Assembly (NCBI GenBank): GCA_964561945.1
Contig: CAZLQM010000001.1
Location: 25,655 to 89,654 of the forward strand
Direction of reading: 5' to 3'
DNA from: an uncultured Gammaproteobacteria bacterium
GTDB taxonomy: Bacteria > Patescibacteriota > Microgenomatia > CAYXHB01
DNA length: 64,000 nucleotides
A model generated the notes under the pieces. That model saw only the letters and a program-made list of their open reading frames with translations. It was not told where the DNA came from and did no database searches. A program made the position numbers and the translations under genes. Shown here piece after piece: positions 51,206 through 61,392 of this stretch (positions within the stretch are counted from its first letter, which is position 1; every line of letters starts with the position of its first letter).

Positions 51206-52954
51206 TTATGGGTTGTTTATCTCTGGGATTGGAGATGACATCCAAGATTGAGTTTTGTTTACTAATGTCCCAAATCCGGGGAATTTGATAAGTAATTTCC
51301 AAATAGTATGTTGAGCTTGGATATCAAGGATATGGCAGGAAATTATATAAACAACAAACCCGATTGCGGAGGTTGTAAATGTAAGAGCAACTAACGGAAT
51401 GACTCTAGTTGTATCAAAAACGAGTCTGTCGAGAAACTGGAAGGGGATCCAAAGGCTAATAATCATGATAGCTCCAGCCGAGGTTAGTTTGAGAAACTCC
51501 AAGCGAAAACGCTGTAAATTAGAGATCATTTTGTCTCTGATAAACCAAAAAATTAAACTGGTACGGACAAGGGCGGTAAAAACAACAGCATATGCTAAAG
51601 CTTGAAGAGGATTGTCAAAGTTGAACAAAGTTAAATTGAGCCACGGGGTATTAATGACATTAATAGGGTTGATGACTTGACCAAAGAATTGAAGTTGGTT
51701 GATGCTTATCCAACCAATTACAGAAAATAGTGCCAAGCTTGAGAGATGAATTACCATGGGTGTTTTGGTGTTTTTGTAGGCATAGTAACTGCGGAGTAGT
51801 AACTGACTTAAGACTAATGACGGAATTAAAATTGTGAAGATTCCCAAGGTATAGGCTGTTTCTTTGGTGGCTGCCCATGGGAATGAGGCGGTGCCAAAGG
51901 CGAGTCTGACAATAGGAATACGGAGAATCAATAGGATTGATGTTAAGGGGAGAACCAAGTAATACATCTGCATAAATGTGTCTTGGGCAATTTTCTTAAA
52001 TTGTGGAGAGTTGTTATGAGCATATTCTGACAAACTAGGGAAAGCTGCTTGACCGATAGCCAAACCCACAATTTGAACAGGCACCTGACGCAGGAGGGCT
52101 GCAAGATCAAACAGGAAAAGACTGCCTGCTGCTAATGATGAAGCAAAGTACATGGTCAAATTGCTTTCTAGTTGGACTGAGGCCTGAGTTAATAATCTGG
52201 GCCATGAAATTAAAAGTACTTCTTTGACGTCTTTGTTCCAAATTGACCAGCCAGATGTAAAACTAAATTCTGTTTGTCTTAACACTACAATTTGGACAAC
52301 AAGATGCATTAAAGCACCCAGAACTACACCGACTGCAGGGCCATAAATTCCTAGTGGTTTACTTAAAAAAACAATTCCAGAAATTATGCCAATGTTATAG
52401 GTGATTGGCGCTAATGCTGGGGCTATAAATCTTTTCATCGTTTGTAGCAAAGTTCCGATCCAGTTGGAAAAGAGAAAAATTATCTGGGCAGAAAAAATAA
52501 TTCGCATCAAATTTGCCATAGTTGTAATTTGGGAGGTGGAGAAATTGACCGTCATCAATCTGGCTAGCATTGGGGCAAAGATTATTACTAATATGGCAAA
52601 CCCTATCATGATGGTTAATAGGAACATCAGGATACTGGTGGCAACTTGCGATCCTTTGGTAGATGACTGACTGAATCTTTGAGCAAAAATGGGAATGCAT
52701 GAAGTTGCCAATATCCCCGAGACTACTGTTTGGAAGATCAAGTCGGGTAACCGAAAGGCTGCTTGGAATGCATCTAGGTCAACGGCACAACAATCGAAGA
52801 AAACCGATCCCATCAATCTCTGACGTAACAATCCTAAAATTAGCGAGGCAGAATAACTAATCATGATGACTAGTGAAGCAAGAAGAATATCGTTTTGTTT
52901 ACGAGCCAATAGATTTGAAGACAAGTTGATAAATTTGCGGGTGGTTTGAATCAT
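51206..52954 (-). CDS. murJ: Lipid II flippase MurJ (MviN)
   Basis: LGLLRQ, DAFQAAFRLPD, PALAP..YN, AAFPSLS, YYAYKNTKTP. Confidence 0.9.
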   Translation of the reverse strand: MIQTTRKFINLSSNLLARKQNDILLASLVIMISYSASLILGLLRQRLMGSVFFDCCAVDLDAFQAAFRLPDLIFQTVVSGILATSCIPIFAQRFSQSSTKGSQVATSILMFLLTIMIGFAILVIIFAPMLARLMTVNFSTSQITTMANLMRIIFSAQIIFLFSNWIGTLLQTMKRFIAPALAPITYNIGIISGIVFLSKPLGIYGPAVGVVLGALMHLVVQIVVLRQTEFSFTSGWSIWNKDVKEVLLISWPRLLTQASVQLESNLTMYFASSLAAGSLFLFDLAALLRQVPVQIVGLAIGQAAFPSLSEYAHNNSPQFKKIAQDTFMQMYYLVLPLTSILLILRIPIVRLAFGTASFPWAATKETAYTLGIFTILIPSLVLSQLLLRSYYAYKNTKTPMVIHLSSLALFSVIGWISINQLQFFGQVINPINVINTPWLNLTLFNFDNPLQALAYAVVFTALVRTSLIFWFIRDKMISNLQRFRLEFLKLTSAGAIMIISLWIPFQFLDRLVFDTTRVIPLVALTFTTSAIGFVVYIISCHILDIQAQHTIWKLLIKFPGFGTLVNKTQSWMSSPIPEINNP

Positions 52955-53063
52955 TTAATATTTTTTTTATTAGATAGTATTGATTAAAACATTGCCAAGT
53001 CCTTCTGCATATGGGGAATTACGAAGGTTTTATATATAAAATTTTGCACTTACGTAGAGGCAA

Positions 53064-53092
53064 TTGGCAGAAATGGTTTTATAGATTATAAT
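53064..53092 (+). promoter_or_regulatory. rpsT promoter; its -10 overlaps a minus-strand TATAAT facing murJ
   Basis: TTGGCA, 17 nt, TATAAT (53087-53092). ATTATA at 53085-53090 reads TATAAT on the minus strand. Confidence 0.6.
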
Positions 53093-53127
53093 GGGCAAGA
53101 GTTATTTAGCTAATAAATTATAAAAAT

Positions 53128-53367
53128 ATGCCAGTCACCAGAACAGCCCAACGAGCTTTGCGTCGATCAAAGCGCAAGCAAGTAATAAATTTGCAAAGAA
53201 AAAATGGTTTGAGAGCAGCAATGAAAAAGTTTCGCCTAGAACCAAGTTCCGATGCGCTTCAAAATGCATCTAGTGTAATTGATAGAAACGCTAAGTGGGG
53301 ATTAATCCATGCGAACAAAGCTGCACATCTTAAGTCGCAGTTGGCTAAGAAGTTAGCAAGTAAGTAA
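53128..53367 (+). CDS. rpsT: 30S ribosomal protein S20
   Basis: Basic 79-aa protein with IDRNAKWGLIHANKAAHLKS. Confidence 0.93.
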   Translation: MPVTRTAQRALRRSKRKQVINLQRKNGLRAAMKKFRLEPSSDALQNASSVIDRNAKWGLIHANKAAHLKSQLAKKLASK

Positions 53368-53501
53368 GTTGTTTAAATTTACTAGGATTAAAAAATCTTC
53401 TTTGAAGTTTTGAGTTGGATTGGAAAAATGAAAGGATTGTTTTGGTATTTATACTTGTGATTGGGGATTGGAGTCATTTATACTGATAAGTGTTTCCTGC
53501 C

Positions 53502-54074
53502 ATGGCTAAACGCACCCCGTCGATAAATTTACTCCACCAAGTTAATGCTACAAGTTCTGTAGACAAGATATTATCGTGGGCTTTGTCAGTGGGAAGATGG
53601 ATTGTAATTTTGACTGAGTTAGTAGTTATCGGAGCATTTATTTGGAGATTCTCTCTGGATATCAAACTAACTAACCTTAATGAAGACATCGAAATGCGCA
53701 AAAACCAAGTCAAGGCATTTGCTTCGGTTGAGAAGGAGTTTCGAACTGTTCAGAAAAGCGTTAATTCCGTAGCAACTGTGGTGGGAATGCAGCCAGATAT
53801 ACAACTGATTTTCAATGAATTTAATCGAAGTTTCCCGATTTCTACAGACATTACTATTAATCAGTTAAATTGGAATAGCGATAAGTTATCGATTAAAGGA
53901 GAATCTGTTGATGAGAAAACAATTTCAATATTCGAGAATAATTTTAGGTCTTCGGCAATAATTAAAAATGTCAATTTGACCAATGTAAGTTTGAAAGTCG
54001 AAGAAAATGATGTTGCTACTAATAGTAAATATTTATACGAATTTAGTTTAACGGCAGATATAAAATTAAAGTAA
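53502..54074 (+). CDS. pilN: Type IV pilus alignment protein, PilN-like
   Basis: INLL motif, TM helix, coiled coil, LSIKG..., F.L.. C-terminus. Confidence 0.75.
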   Translation: MAKRTPSINLLHQVNATSSVDKILSWALSVGRWIVILTELVVIGAFIWRFSLDIKLTNLNEDIEMRKNQVKAFASVEKEFRTVQKSVNSVATVVGMQPDIQLIFNEFNRSFPISTDITINQLNWNSDKLSIKGESVDEKTISIFENNFRSSAIIKNVNLTNVSLKVEENDVATNSKYLYEFSLTADIKLK

Positions 54075-54075
54075 T

Positions 54076-54729
54076 ATGAAGTTAAATGACTCAAAAATAA
54101 ATAACAAGTTTTCTTTTAAAAGCTCTCAGAAATTGGTGGACTCAAAGAAACGACAAACTTATATGGAGCTGATTTTGACGTTTGTAACAATATTGTTTTT
54201 TGGGGTCTTTGCTCTTAAGCCCACTTTCTCGACAATTGCAACGTTGCTTGGTGATATTACAAATTTGGAAGAAGTAAATAATAAGTTAAAAGAAAAACTT
54301 GATTCTTTGGCTACAGCTCAGCAAGTACTAGATAAAAATCGTGAACAACTTTATTTCGTGCAAGAGGCTTTGCCTGACAATCCTAATTTGGCAACTTTTG
54401 TAGCTCAAGTTGATAGAGCTAATGAAAATAGTGAGTTTGTTTTGGAAACAATTATGTTTGGGGATTATGAAGTTGATCCAAGCGGTAAGACGAAAGCGGT
54501 TGATTCCAATGCTGAAAAAAAAGGGCCTATTGGCGAATGGAACAATATTAGTTTCACGATTGAGGGAACCGGGAAATATGATGCTATTCTAGATTTTGCT
54601 AAGAAAATTGCTAATTTCCGAAGAGTTGTAGTTTTGGATTCTATTTCCATAGATTATAGTGATGTCGAGAATGAAAATGATTTACCAAAGGTTACTATTA
54701 ATGGAACGATTCTATCGAAACTTAAATAA
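54076..54729 (+). CDS. pilO: Type IV pilus alignment protein, PilO-like
   Basis: TM helix, coiled coil, ALPD, G.YDAILDF...RRVVVLDSI. Follows pilN. Confidence 0.75.
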   Translation: MKLNDSKINNKFSFKSSQKLVDSKKRQTYMELILTFVTILFFGVFALKPTFSTIATLLGDITNLEEVNNKLKEKLDSLATAQQVLDKNREQLYFVQEALPDNPNLATFVAQVDRANENSEFVLETIMFGDYEVDPSGKTKAVDSNAEKKGPIGEWNNISFTIEGTGKYDAILDFAKKIANFRRVVVLDSISIDYSDVENENDLPKVTINGTILSKLK

Positions 54730-54731
54730 AT

Positions 54732-54965
54732 ATGAAAAGACCAAGAGATAATACCTTTTTGATTTTATTGGGATGTTTGACTTTAATTACACTTACGATA
54801 TGGATTGGCTCGGAAGTTTATCGAGGACTGGCAAAAGACAGAATATCTGGTGAAGTAAGTGAGGAGCTGGTCGAACTTAATTCGACGTTGAATCTGTCTG
54901 TATTACAAGTATTGTCAGCGAGAACTCCATCTGATGTGATAATTCCCAACCCCAATGATAACTAA
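54732..54965 (+). CDS. Small single-TM protein at the pilP position
   Basis: 77 aa, one TM helix, 2 nt after the pilO stop. Confidence 0.6.
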   Translation: MKRPRDNTFLILLGCLTLITLTIWIGSEVYRGLAKDRISGEVSEELVELNSTLNLSVLQVLSARTPSDVIIPNPNDN

Positions 54966-55022
54966 AAAATCAGTTTACTTGTTGACGCAGAGGTCAGACC
55001 TTGCAAAAATGAATTAATATTT

Positions 55023-56528
55023 ATGTTCAAAAAATCAAGTAGTGCCCACGTTTCTCCAAAGATTCCCATGATCGCAGGATTGCTCTTGTTATTGGCAGGA
55101 GTTGTGGGCGGTGTTTATTTAATCCAAAATCGTCAATCTCCAACAGAAACTCAGGCAGACGTAGGAACGGCTCCAAGTTCGGTCGAGGTGTCGAATGTTA
55201 CAAGTAATTCATTTACCATAAGCTGGGTAACTCAAAATCCGACAAGTGGATTTTTGACCTATGGGACTAGTAGCGAGAAAATTAATAGTGTGGCAAGAGA
55301 TAAACGTGATTTGTTATCGAGCGATTACTTGAAGTATTCGACCCATTATGTCCAAGTTTCAGGTCTTAATCCGGCCACTGAATATTTTTTTATGGTTAAT
55401 TCTGGCAAAACGGCATATCTTACAAACGAAAGCGTTCCGTATACGGTCAAAACTGCCAGTAATTTAGCCGAAGGGTCTTTATCTGCTATTTCGGGAAAAG
55501 TACAAACAAGTGATGGGGGAGTTCTTGAGAATGCAATTGTGTTAATATCAGGTCCTAATTTAAGTACACAATCTGTTTTAACTGACGCAACAGGAGATTG
55601 GTCAATGTCGTTGGGAGGAGCGGTTGATCCGTCGCTGAGTAAAGAAGCTAGTATCAGTCAAAATGACGACGTTACAATAAGAGTGCAAAGTAATCTGGGG
55701 AACTCGACAGCATTGATTTTGGGTCAACAAATTAATGACATACCAACAATAAGTGCTGGTGAGACATTTGATTTTAGAAGTTTGGTTGCCTCATCGACAC
55801 AGAGACCATCAAGTTTTACGTTTATTGACGATCTGTCTGCCCAATCACCAACTGCCTCTCAAACAATTAATATCTTTAATCCTCAAGAAAACGAAGCGCT
55901 AAGCACAACTAAGCCTCTGTTTATGGGAACAGCCCCAGCGGGAAATGAAATTTCAATATCAGTGATCCAAAAACAAACTCAATTAACTGGCGTAGTGATG
56001 AGTGATGAGCGAGGAAATTGGCGTTGGACAAGTGAAGAAGATTTGGCTCTTGGATCTCATGTAGTCAGAGCCAGTTATACTAACGATTCAGGAATTACAT
56101 TTCAAGCTGAGAAAAGATTTAGCATACTCGGCAATGTCAGTACTAATCCGGCTATTGAATCAAGTCCTGGGGGCGAATTAGCTCAAGTTTCTCCTGGTCC
56201 AACCATAATCGCTCAAGTTAGTCTGACGCCAACTCAAGGAGTGCGAGTGTCTCCAACAGTTTCTGTATCAAAAACTCCCGCCCCAACCAGAGTTCTTTCG
56301 CCCACACCAACAGTCACAACCAAACTCACACCAACCGTGACATTGGTTCCTACTAGGATAACCACTCTCGTTCCAACCGTATCTGTGACAAGTGAAGTTA
56401 CTCTAACAGCTTCGCCAACGCCAACTATGGCAACTGAATTACCAGTGGCGGCCACTACCCTCCCCACTTATATAACTGGAATCGTAATTTCACTATTTTT
56501 GGGCGTAGCAGTTCTGTTGTTAATTTGA
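55023..56528 (+). CDS. Surface protein: N-terminal TM, FN3, beta-sandwich/Ig-like domains, P/T-rich stalk, C-terminal LPxAA and TM
   Basis: VSNVTSNSFTISWVT...HYVQVSGLNPATEYFF, PLFMGTAP...GNWRW...LALGSH, SPTPT repeats, ELPVAA followed by a hydrophobic tail. Confidence 0.75.
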   Translation: MFKKSSSAHVSPKIPMIAGLLLLLAGVVGGVYLIQNRQSPTETQADVGTAPSSVEVSNVTSNSFTISWVTQNPTSGFLTYGTSSEKINSVARDKRDLLSSDYLKYSTHYVQVSGLNPATEYFFMVNSGKTAYLTNESVPYTVKTASNLAEGSLSAISGKVQTSDGGVLENAIVLISGPNLSTQSVLTDATGDWSMSLGGAVDPSLSKEASISQNDDVTIRVQSNLGNSTALILGQQINDIPTISAGETFDFRSLVASSTQRPSSFTFIDDLSAQSPTASQTINIFNPQENEALSTTKPLFMGTAPAGNEISISVIQKQTQLTGVVMSDERGNWRWTSEEDLALGSHVVRASYTNDSGITFQAEKRFSILGNVSTNPAIESSPGGELAQVSPGPTIIAQVSLTPTQGVRVSPTVSVSKTPAPTRVLSPTPTVTTKLTPTVTLVPTRITTLVPTVSVTSEVTLTASPTPTMATELPVAATTLPTYITGIVISLFLGVAVLLLI

Positions 56529-56551
56529 GATAGTTTGGATAGGATAAAACA

Positions 56552-57820
56552 ATGAAATATTTGATCGTAGGGACTGGGTTTACGGGATTGGTAGCGGCTT
56601 TGGATCTGGTGGAAGCAGGCCATGAGGTAGTTATGTTGGAAAAAAATAGTTTTGTGGGGGGATTGGCTGCAGGGTTTAAAGAAACTAAGTGGGAATGGAA
56701 TCTTGAACATCATTATCATCATATTTTTCGAAATGATAAAAGCATAATAAATTTAGCAAATAGATTGAATGTGAAGGTTAAATTTTATAGAGTTAAAACT
56801 AGTTTTTGGGATGGAGAGAAGATCTTCCAGTTTGATTCGGTTAAAAGCGTATTAACTAATCAACAAATATCACTAGTTGATAGAATAAGAACACTGGGAA
56901 CTATGGGTTTTCTTAAAATGATTCCCAACTGGGAGTGGTTTGAAAGAATGACATCTGAGCAGTTGATAAAAATGACGATGGGGAGAAAGGTGTGGGATAA
57001 AATATGGGGGCCATTGTTTCTTGGGAAATTCCATCAATGGACCTCTGTTGTAAATGCAACTTGGTTTTGGGCCAGAATTCATGCCAGAAGCCAAGCGTTA
57101 GGTTACTTTGGAGGTGGTTTTAATAGTTTAGTTAAAGCATTGACTGATAAATTAATTAGTTATGGAGTTAAGATTAATTTGAATGAAAATGTTGAAAAAA
57201 TTAAAATTGTAGACGATAAAGCTTGGGTTAAAACACAGAAGGAAACATACCGCGTGGACAAAGTTTTAGTTACGGGACCAAGTAATGTGGTTAAGAAAAT
57301 TATGCCAGACGAAGAAATAACAAATAAACCGATTCAAAGTCTAGGTGCTATTACAATGATTTTGGAGACTAGAAAAAAGTTTTTGGATGATAATACATAC
57401 TGGCTGAATATCAGCGACTCTAAAGCCCCGTTCTTAGCATTTGTTGAGCATACAAATATGATAGGCAAAGAAAAATATGACAATAAAAACATCTTGTATT
57501 TAGGCAACTATCTACCTAAGGAGCATGCGTATTTTGGAAAATCAGACAAAGACTTATTAAAAATATATGCACCGTATCTAAAGAAAATTAATAGAAAATT
57601 TGATGTAGATGATACAAACAATGTTTGGGTATTTAAGACTGATTATGCTCAAAGTGTGTTTGAAATAAATCATGGCAGAGATGTACCTAAAATGGAAATT
57701 GTTAAAAACAAAATATACTGGTGCGGAATCGAGCATGTTTATCCTTGGGACCGAGGGACTAATTATGCAGTTGAGTGGGGACATAAAGTCGCAAAACTGA
57801 TGATGAACAAGGTAAGATAA
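56552..57820 (+). CDS. FAD-dependent oxidoreductase (amine oxidase/HemY-like superfamily)
   Basis: VGTGFTG, GGLAAGF, EHHYHHIF, YPWDRGTNYAV. Confidence 0.8.
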   Translation: MKYLIVGTGFTGLVAALDLVEAGHEVVMLEKNSFVGGLAAGFKETKWEWNLEHHYHHIFRNDKSIINLANRLNVKVKFYRVKTSFWDGEKIFQFDSVKSVLTNQQISLVDRIRTLGTMGFLKMIPNWEWFERMTSEQLIKMTMGRKVWDKIWGPLFLGKFHQWTSVVNATWFWARIHARSQALGYFGGGFNSLVKALTDKLISYGVKINLNENVEKIKIVDDKAWVKTQKETYRVDKVLVTGPSNVVKKIMPDEEITNKPIQSLGAITMILETRKKFLDDNTYWLNISDSKAPFLAFVEHTNMIGKEKYDNKNILYLGNYLPKEHAYFGKSDKDLLKIYAPYLKKINRKFDVDDTNNVWVFKTDYAQSVFEINHGRDVPKMEIVKNKIYWCGIEHVYPWDRGTNYAVEWGHKVAKLMMNKVR

Positions 57821-57826
57821 TAGAGT

Positions 57827-59653
57827 ATGGTTTTGGGTAAAAAACTTAGCGCAGAGAAATGGAAAATATTGTTAGGAATAGTAGTGGTGTTTTTTTGGAT
57901 CATAACTAGATTCGGTTTTTTGAATTGGGGAGCACCTTGGTATTTCCATCCTGACGAACGAAATGTCGCGACTGCTGCCGCGCGGATTTACGATCAAGTT
58001 AATGATGGTGTCGCTGATGCATATAATCCACATTTTTTTGCATACGGAGGGCTTCCAATTTATATCATCTTTGGAATCACCTCTATCGTGACTCACTTCC
58101 GTGATCAAGCTGATCCTTTCGTGGTCGCCATTCTTGTAAGTAGGGCTATGAGTGCTATTTGGATGGTTTTAATTCCAATTATGACATGGAAGCTTGCTTT
58201 GTATTGGGGAAAAGGAGTGGCAAAATATAGTTTTTTGCTGAGTATCTTTTGTGTGGGATATATTCAGTTTGCGCGATTTGGAACTTTCGAGAGTTGGTTG
58301 ACATTTAATTATCTATTGTTACTACATCTAGTAATTAAATTGTATTATAAATGGTCATTACGACTGTGGTTCGGAGTGTGCTTGATTGCTGGAATTGGTG
58401 TAGCAATTAAAATTCCTAGTTTATATTTATTGGGGTTAATTGGAATAATTTGGACATGGAAATTGTTTAAATTATTACGAAGCACGAGTTATTGGAGAAC
58501 AAAATTTATTGTGTTGAGCAATATGGTAATGTTGGGAATAAGTGGATTATTAGTAGTTTATTGTGTATTTATAATAAGTAATCCCTATGCATTTAGTGAA
58601 CGAATTGTCGACGATTTAAATGTAAATTTGCTTAGTTTCGTAATTAGAACTTTAGTGAAGTCTGTTAATTTTGTAACTCAGAATAATTTATTGAAATTGA
58701 GTAATTTGTCAGACCTATTCGGAAGTGAGTTTTTACATTCGATCAATATTGAAAGGTCTATCGCTATAGGGAAGATCGATGTTTTCTATACTCGTCATTT
58801 CAAAGATACGATTGGCGGTTTATATCATATTGAAATGATTTTGCCGTGGATAACCAGCATTCCAATGGTAATACTGTCCATTGGTGGAATAGTGTCTTTG
58901 ACATGGTCAGCATTGAAGAAAAATACACCAAGTGCCCTACTATTGCTGTGGCTGATACTACAGTTAATTTTTATATTTCCACTTTACGTGAAGTGGACAC
59001 GATATATGATCCCTGTTTTACCTGCGATTATAATCGCAGCAAGTGTTGCAATTAATCAGATACTTTGGTTTATTAATAATCTTTGGTCAGACAAAAAGGT
59101 TAAGAAAATTCTGATATACGGAACCATGTTTAGTTTGGGATGGCATCTGATGTATACATTAATGTTTAGTGTAACCCTCACACAGGAAGACACTCGGATT
59201 GAGGCGGCTGAATGGATGAGAAGATCTATAAATAAAAATGTAAATGTTTTATCTGAAGTTTATGATTTGGGGATTTTGCCATTTAATAATGTTGTACCTA
59301 GTTCTCAAATCACCTTATATAATTTTTATGACATGGATAATTCATCGTTGGAAAACATAAGATTACCTAATGAAATTGTTGATGGCTATGATGTGGTTGT
59401 GGTTTTATCTAGAAGAATTTGGAAAAATTCAATTGATAATAAAGAGTACTATCCTAGAGCTGCAAATTTTTACAGTGAGTTGTTAAATGGAAATTTAGGG
59501 TTTATAAAAGTACAGGAATTCAGCAACTATCCACGATTTGGACCTTTAATAATTAATGACGAAATTAATGCTGAAGAGACTTTTAGTGTATTTGACCATC
59601 CGCGAATTCAAATATGGGTTAATCATGATAAATATGACAAAATTATGATATGA
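57827..59653 (+). CDS. GT-C (GT39/PMT-like) glycosyltransferase
   Basis: YFHPDE, NPHFFAYG, multiple TM helices, RYMIP, AEETFSVFDHP. Confidence 0.8.
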   Translation: MVLGKKLSAEKWKILLGIVVVFFWIITRFGFLNWGAPWYFHPDERNVATAAARIYDQVNDGVADAYNPHFFAYGGLPIYIIFGITSIVTHFRDQADPFVVAILVSRAMSAIWMVLIPIMTWKLALYWGKGVAKYSFLLSIFCVGYIQFARFGTFESWLTFNYLLLLHLVIKLYYKWSLRLWFGVCLIAGIGVAIKIPSLYLLGLIGIIWTWKLFKLLRSTSYWRTKFIVLSNMVMLGISGLLVVYCVFIISNPYAFSERIVDDLNVNLLSFVIRTLVKSVNFVTQNNLLKLSNLSDLFGSEFLHSINIERSIAIGKIDVFYTRHFKDTIGGLYHIEMILPWITSIPMVILSIGGIVSLTWSALKKNTPSALLLLWLILQLIFIFPLYVKWTRYMIPVLPAIIIAASVAINQILWFINNLWSDKKVKKILIYGTMFSLGWHLMYTLMFSVTLTQEDTRIEAAEWMRRSINKNVNVLSEVYDLGILPFNNVVPSSQITLYNFYDMDNSSLENIRLPNEIVDGYDVVVVLSRRIWKNSIDNKEYYPRAANFYSELLNGNLGFIKVQEFSNYPRFGPLIINDEINAEETFSVFDHPRIQIWVNHDKYDKIMI

Positions 59654-61392
59654 GAAATAAAATTTGGTTTAACATCGGTTTATTGATAGTACTAATCACT
59701 GGTTGGGGTTTGCGCATATGGGGCATTAATTGGGATAGTGGTTATCATTTCCATCCTGACGAACGAAAAATTATTATGGTTGCAAATGAAATCAGATGGG
59801 TTAATCCAATTACAGATTGGGAAACGTTTAGTTCTATAGATTCGGGATTAAATCCGAAATTTTTTGCATATGGTAGTTTTCCTATTTACTTATTATCTTT
59901 TGCCTCTAATACTATCGGAAATGTGCTGGGTGATCGTGGGGTTGCGAGTTATGACGGGATGTTGATGGTGGGGAGATTGTTGTCGGCGATGTTCGATACA
60001 TTGACTATATTAGTTGTGTTTTGGATTGGAAGAAAAATCAGGGATGAAAAATTAGGATTAATAAGTGCGTTTTTGTATGCAATTGCTGTTTTCCCAATTC
60101 AAACAAGTCATTTCTATGCTGTCGATACGTTGCTGAGTTTGTTAATGGCGAGCTTATTGTTTGTAATAATTTCGGTAAAAAAAATCTCGTATAAACAAAT
60201 CATAATTGTTGGAGCATTGATTGGATTAGGGCTGGGAACAAAAGCTAGTGCAGTAATCGGACTTATATTCTGGTTATTGTGGTTAACAGCTCAAATAATA
60301 TCTCCTGATAAATTGAATTTAAATAATAAAAGTAGTTATTGGAAAAGGATTGTGGTAGTTATTAAGTGGGGAACTTTGTCATTAATTATTGCGATCGGAG
60401 TATTAAGCATCGTCCAACCATATATGTGGTATGACAAGGTAGCTTTCTGGGGTGATCTGAGTAGCCAGTCGCGAATGAGATATGATGCTTGGACTTTCCC
60501 ATATACGCGACAATATATTGGGACTAAGCCATATATCTATAATGTCGAACAGATTGTGCGATTTGGATTAGGGATTGGACAAACTGTTTTTGTTTTGTTG
60601 GGTATTGGGGGTTTAGTAAGCATATTGATTAAAAAAAATACAAAGCAATTTGATGTGAGGAGTTTGATATGGGGATGTATTTTGATGCTGGGGTTTGTGG
60701 TTCCATTCGGAATATATAGTGTTAAATTTATGCGATATCTATTGCCAATTTATCCTTGGCTGACAATTCTGGGTGGGGTAGGTATCATTTACGCGACAAA
60801 TCTATTTACTAACGCTAAACGAAATTTCGTATATGTAGGACTGGGAATAATTATGGCGATGACGTTACTGTGGACATGGGGATTTATGAACATTTATAAT
60901 GTAAAAAATACAAGGATTTCAGCCAGTATTTGGATAAATAGAAACTTGAAATCTGGTTCGACATTGGCAATAGAACACTGGGATGACGCAATCCCAGTTC
61001 CCCCTTGGGGAAGTCAATTCCAAGAAGTGACACTTGCGTTATATGAACCAGACAATGAAATGAAATGGCGATTAATTAGTCAACAACTGGCTCAAGCCGA
61101 TGCGATTGTTATTGCAAGCAATAGGCTTTATGCGCCTTTGACGAGGTTGACTGATAAATATCCTGTAGCTAGCGAGTATTATAAAAAATTGTTTAATAAT
61201 GAACTTGGTTTTAAACTCGAATTGAAAGACAGTAATTATCCTAGGATTGGTAATTATGAAATTGCTGATGACGAGGCAGATGAAAGTTTTCATGTTTACG
61301 ATCATCCCAAGATTTTGGTTTATAAAAAGAAAGTTGGATATACAGCTGAACAATACTATGATTTAATTACAAATGGAAATTTGGAAATATGA
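59650..61392 (+). CDS. GT-C (GT39/PMT-like) glycosyltransferase, paralog of the preceding gene
   Basis: HFHPDE, NPKFFAYG, RYLLP, ADESFHVYDHP. Confidence 0.8.
   Translation: MRNKIWFNIGLLIVLITGWGLRIWGINWDSGYHFHPDERKIIMVANEIRWVNPITDWETFSSIDSGLNPKFFAYGSFPIYLLSFASNTIGNVLGDRGVASYDGMLMVGRLLSAMFDTLTILVVFWIGRKIRDEKLGLISAFLYAIAVFPIQTSHFYAVDTLLSLLMASLLFVIISVKKISYKQIIIVGALIGLGLGTKASAVIGLIFWLLWLTAQIISPDKLNLNNKSSYWKRIVVVIKWGTLSLIIAIGVLSIVQPYMWYDKVAFWGDLSSQSRMRYDAWTFPYTRQYIGTKPYIYNVEQIVRFGLGIGQTVFVLLGIGGLVSILIKKNTKQFDVRSLIWGCILMLGFVVPFGIYSVKFMRYLLPIYPWLTILGGVGIIYATNLFTNAKRNFVYVGLGIIMAMTLLWTWGFMNIYNVKNTRISASIWINRNLKSGSTLAIEHWDDAIPVPPWGSQFQEVTLALYEPDNEMKWRLISQQLAQADAIVIASNRLYAPLTRLTDKYPVASEYYKKLFNNELGFKLELKDSNYPRIGNYEIADDEADESFHVYDHPKILVYKKKVGYTAEQYYDLITNGNLEI

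Noticed and set aside
53388-53412. Possible rpsT terminator (cttc-ttt-gaag-tttt)
   Set aside because: The stem is too short and weak to call.
56160-56460. Short ccaac-rich quasi-repeats
   Set aside because: They encode the P/T-rich stalk and are not a CRISPR array or DNA-level repeat.
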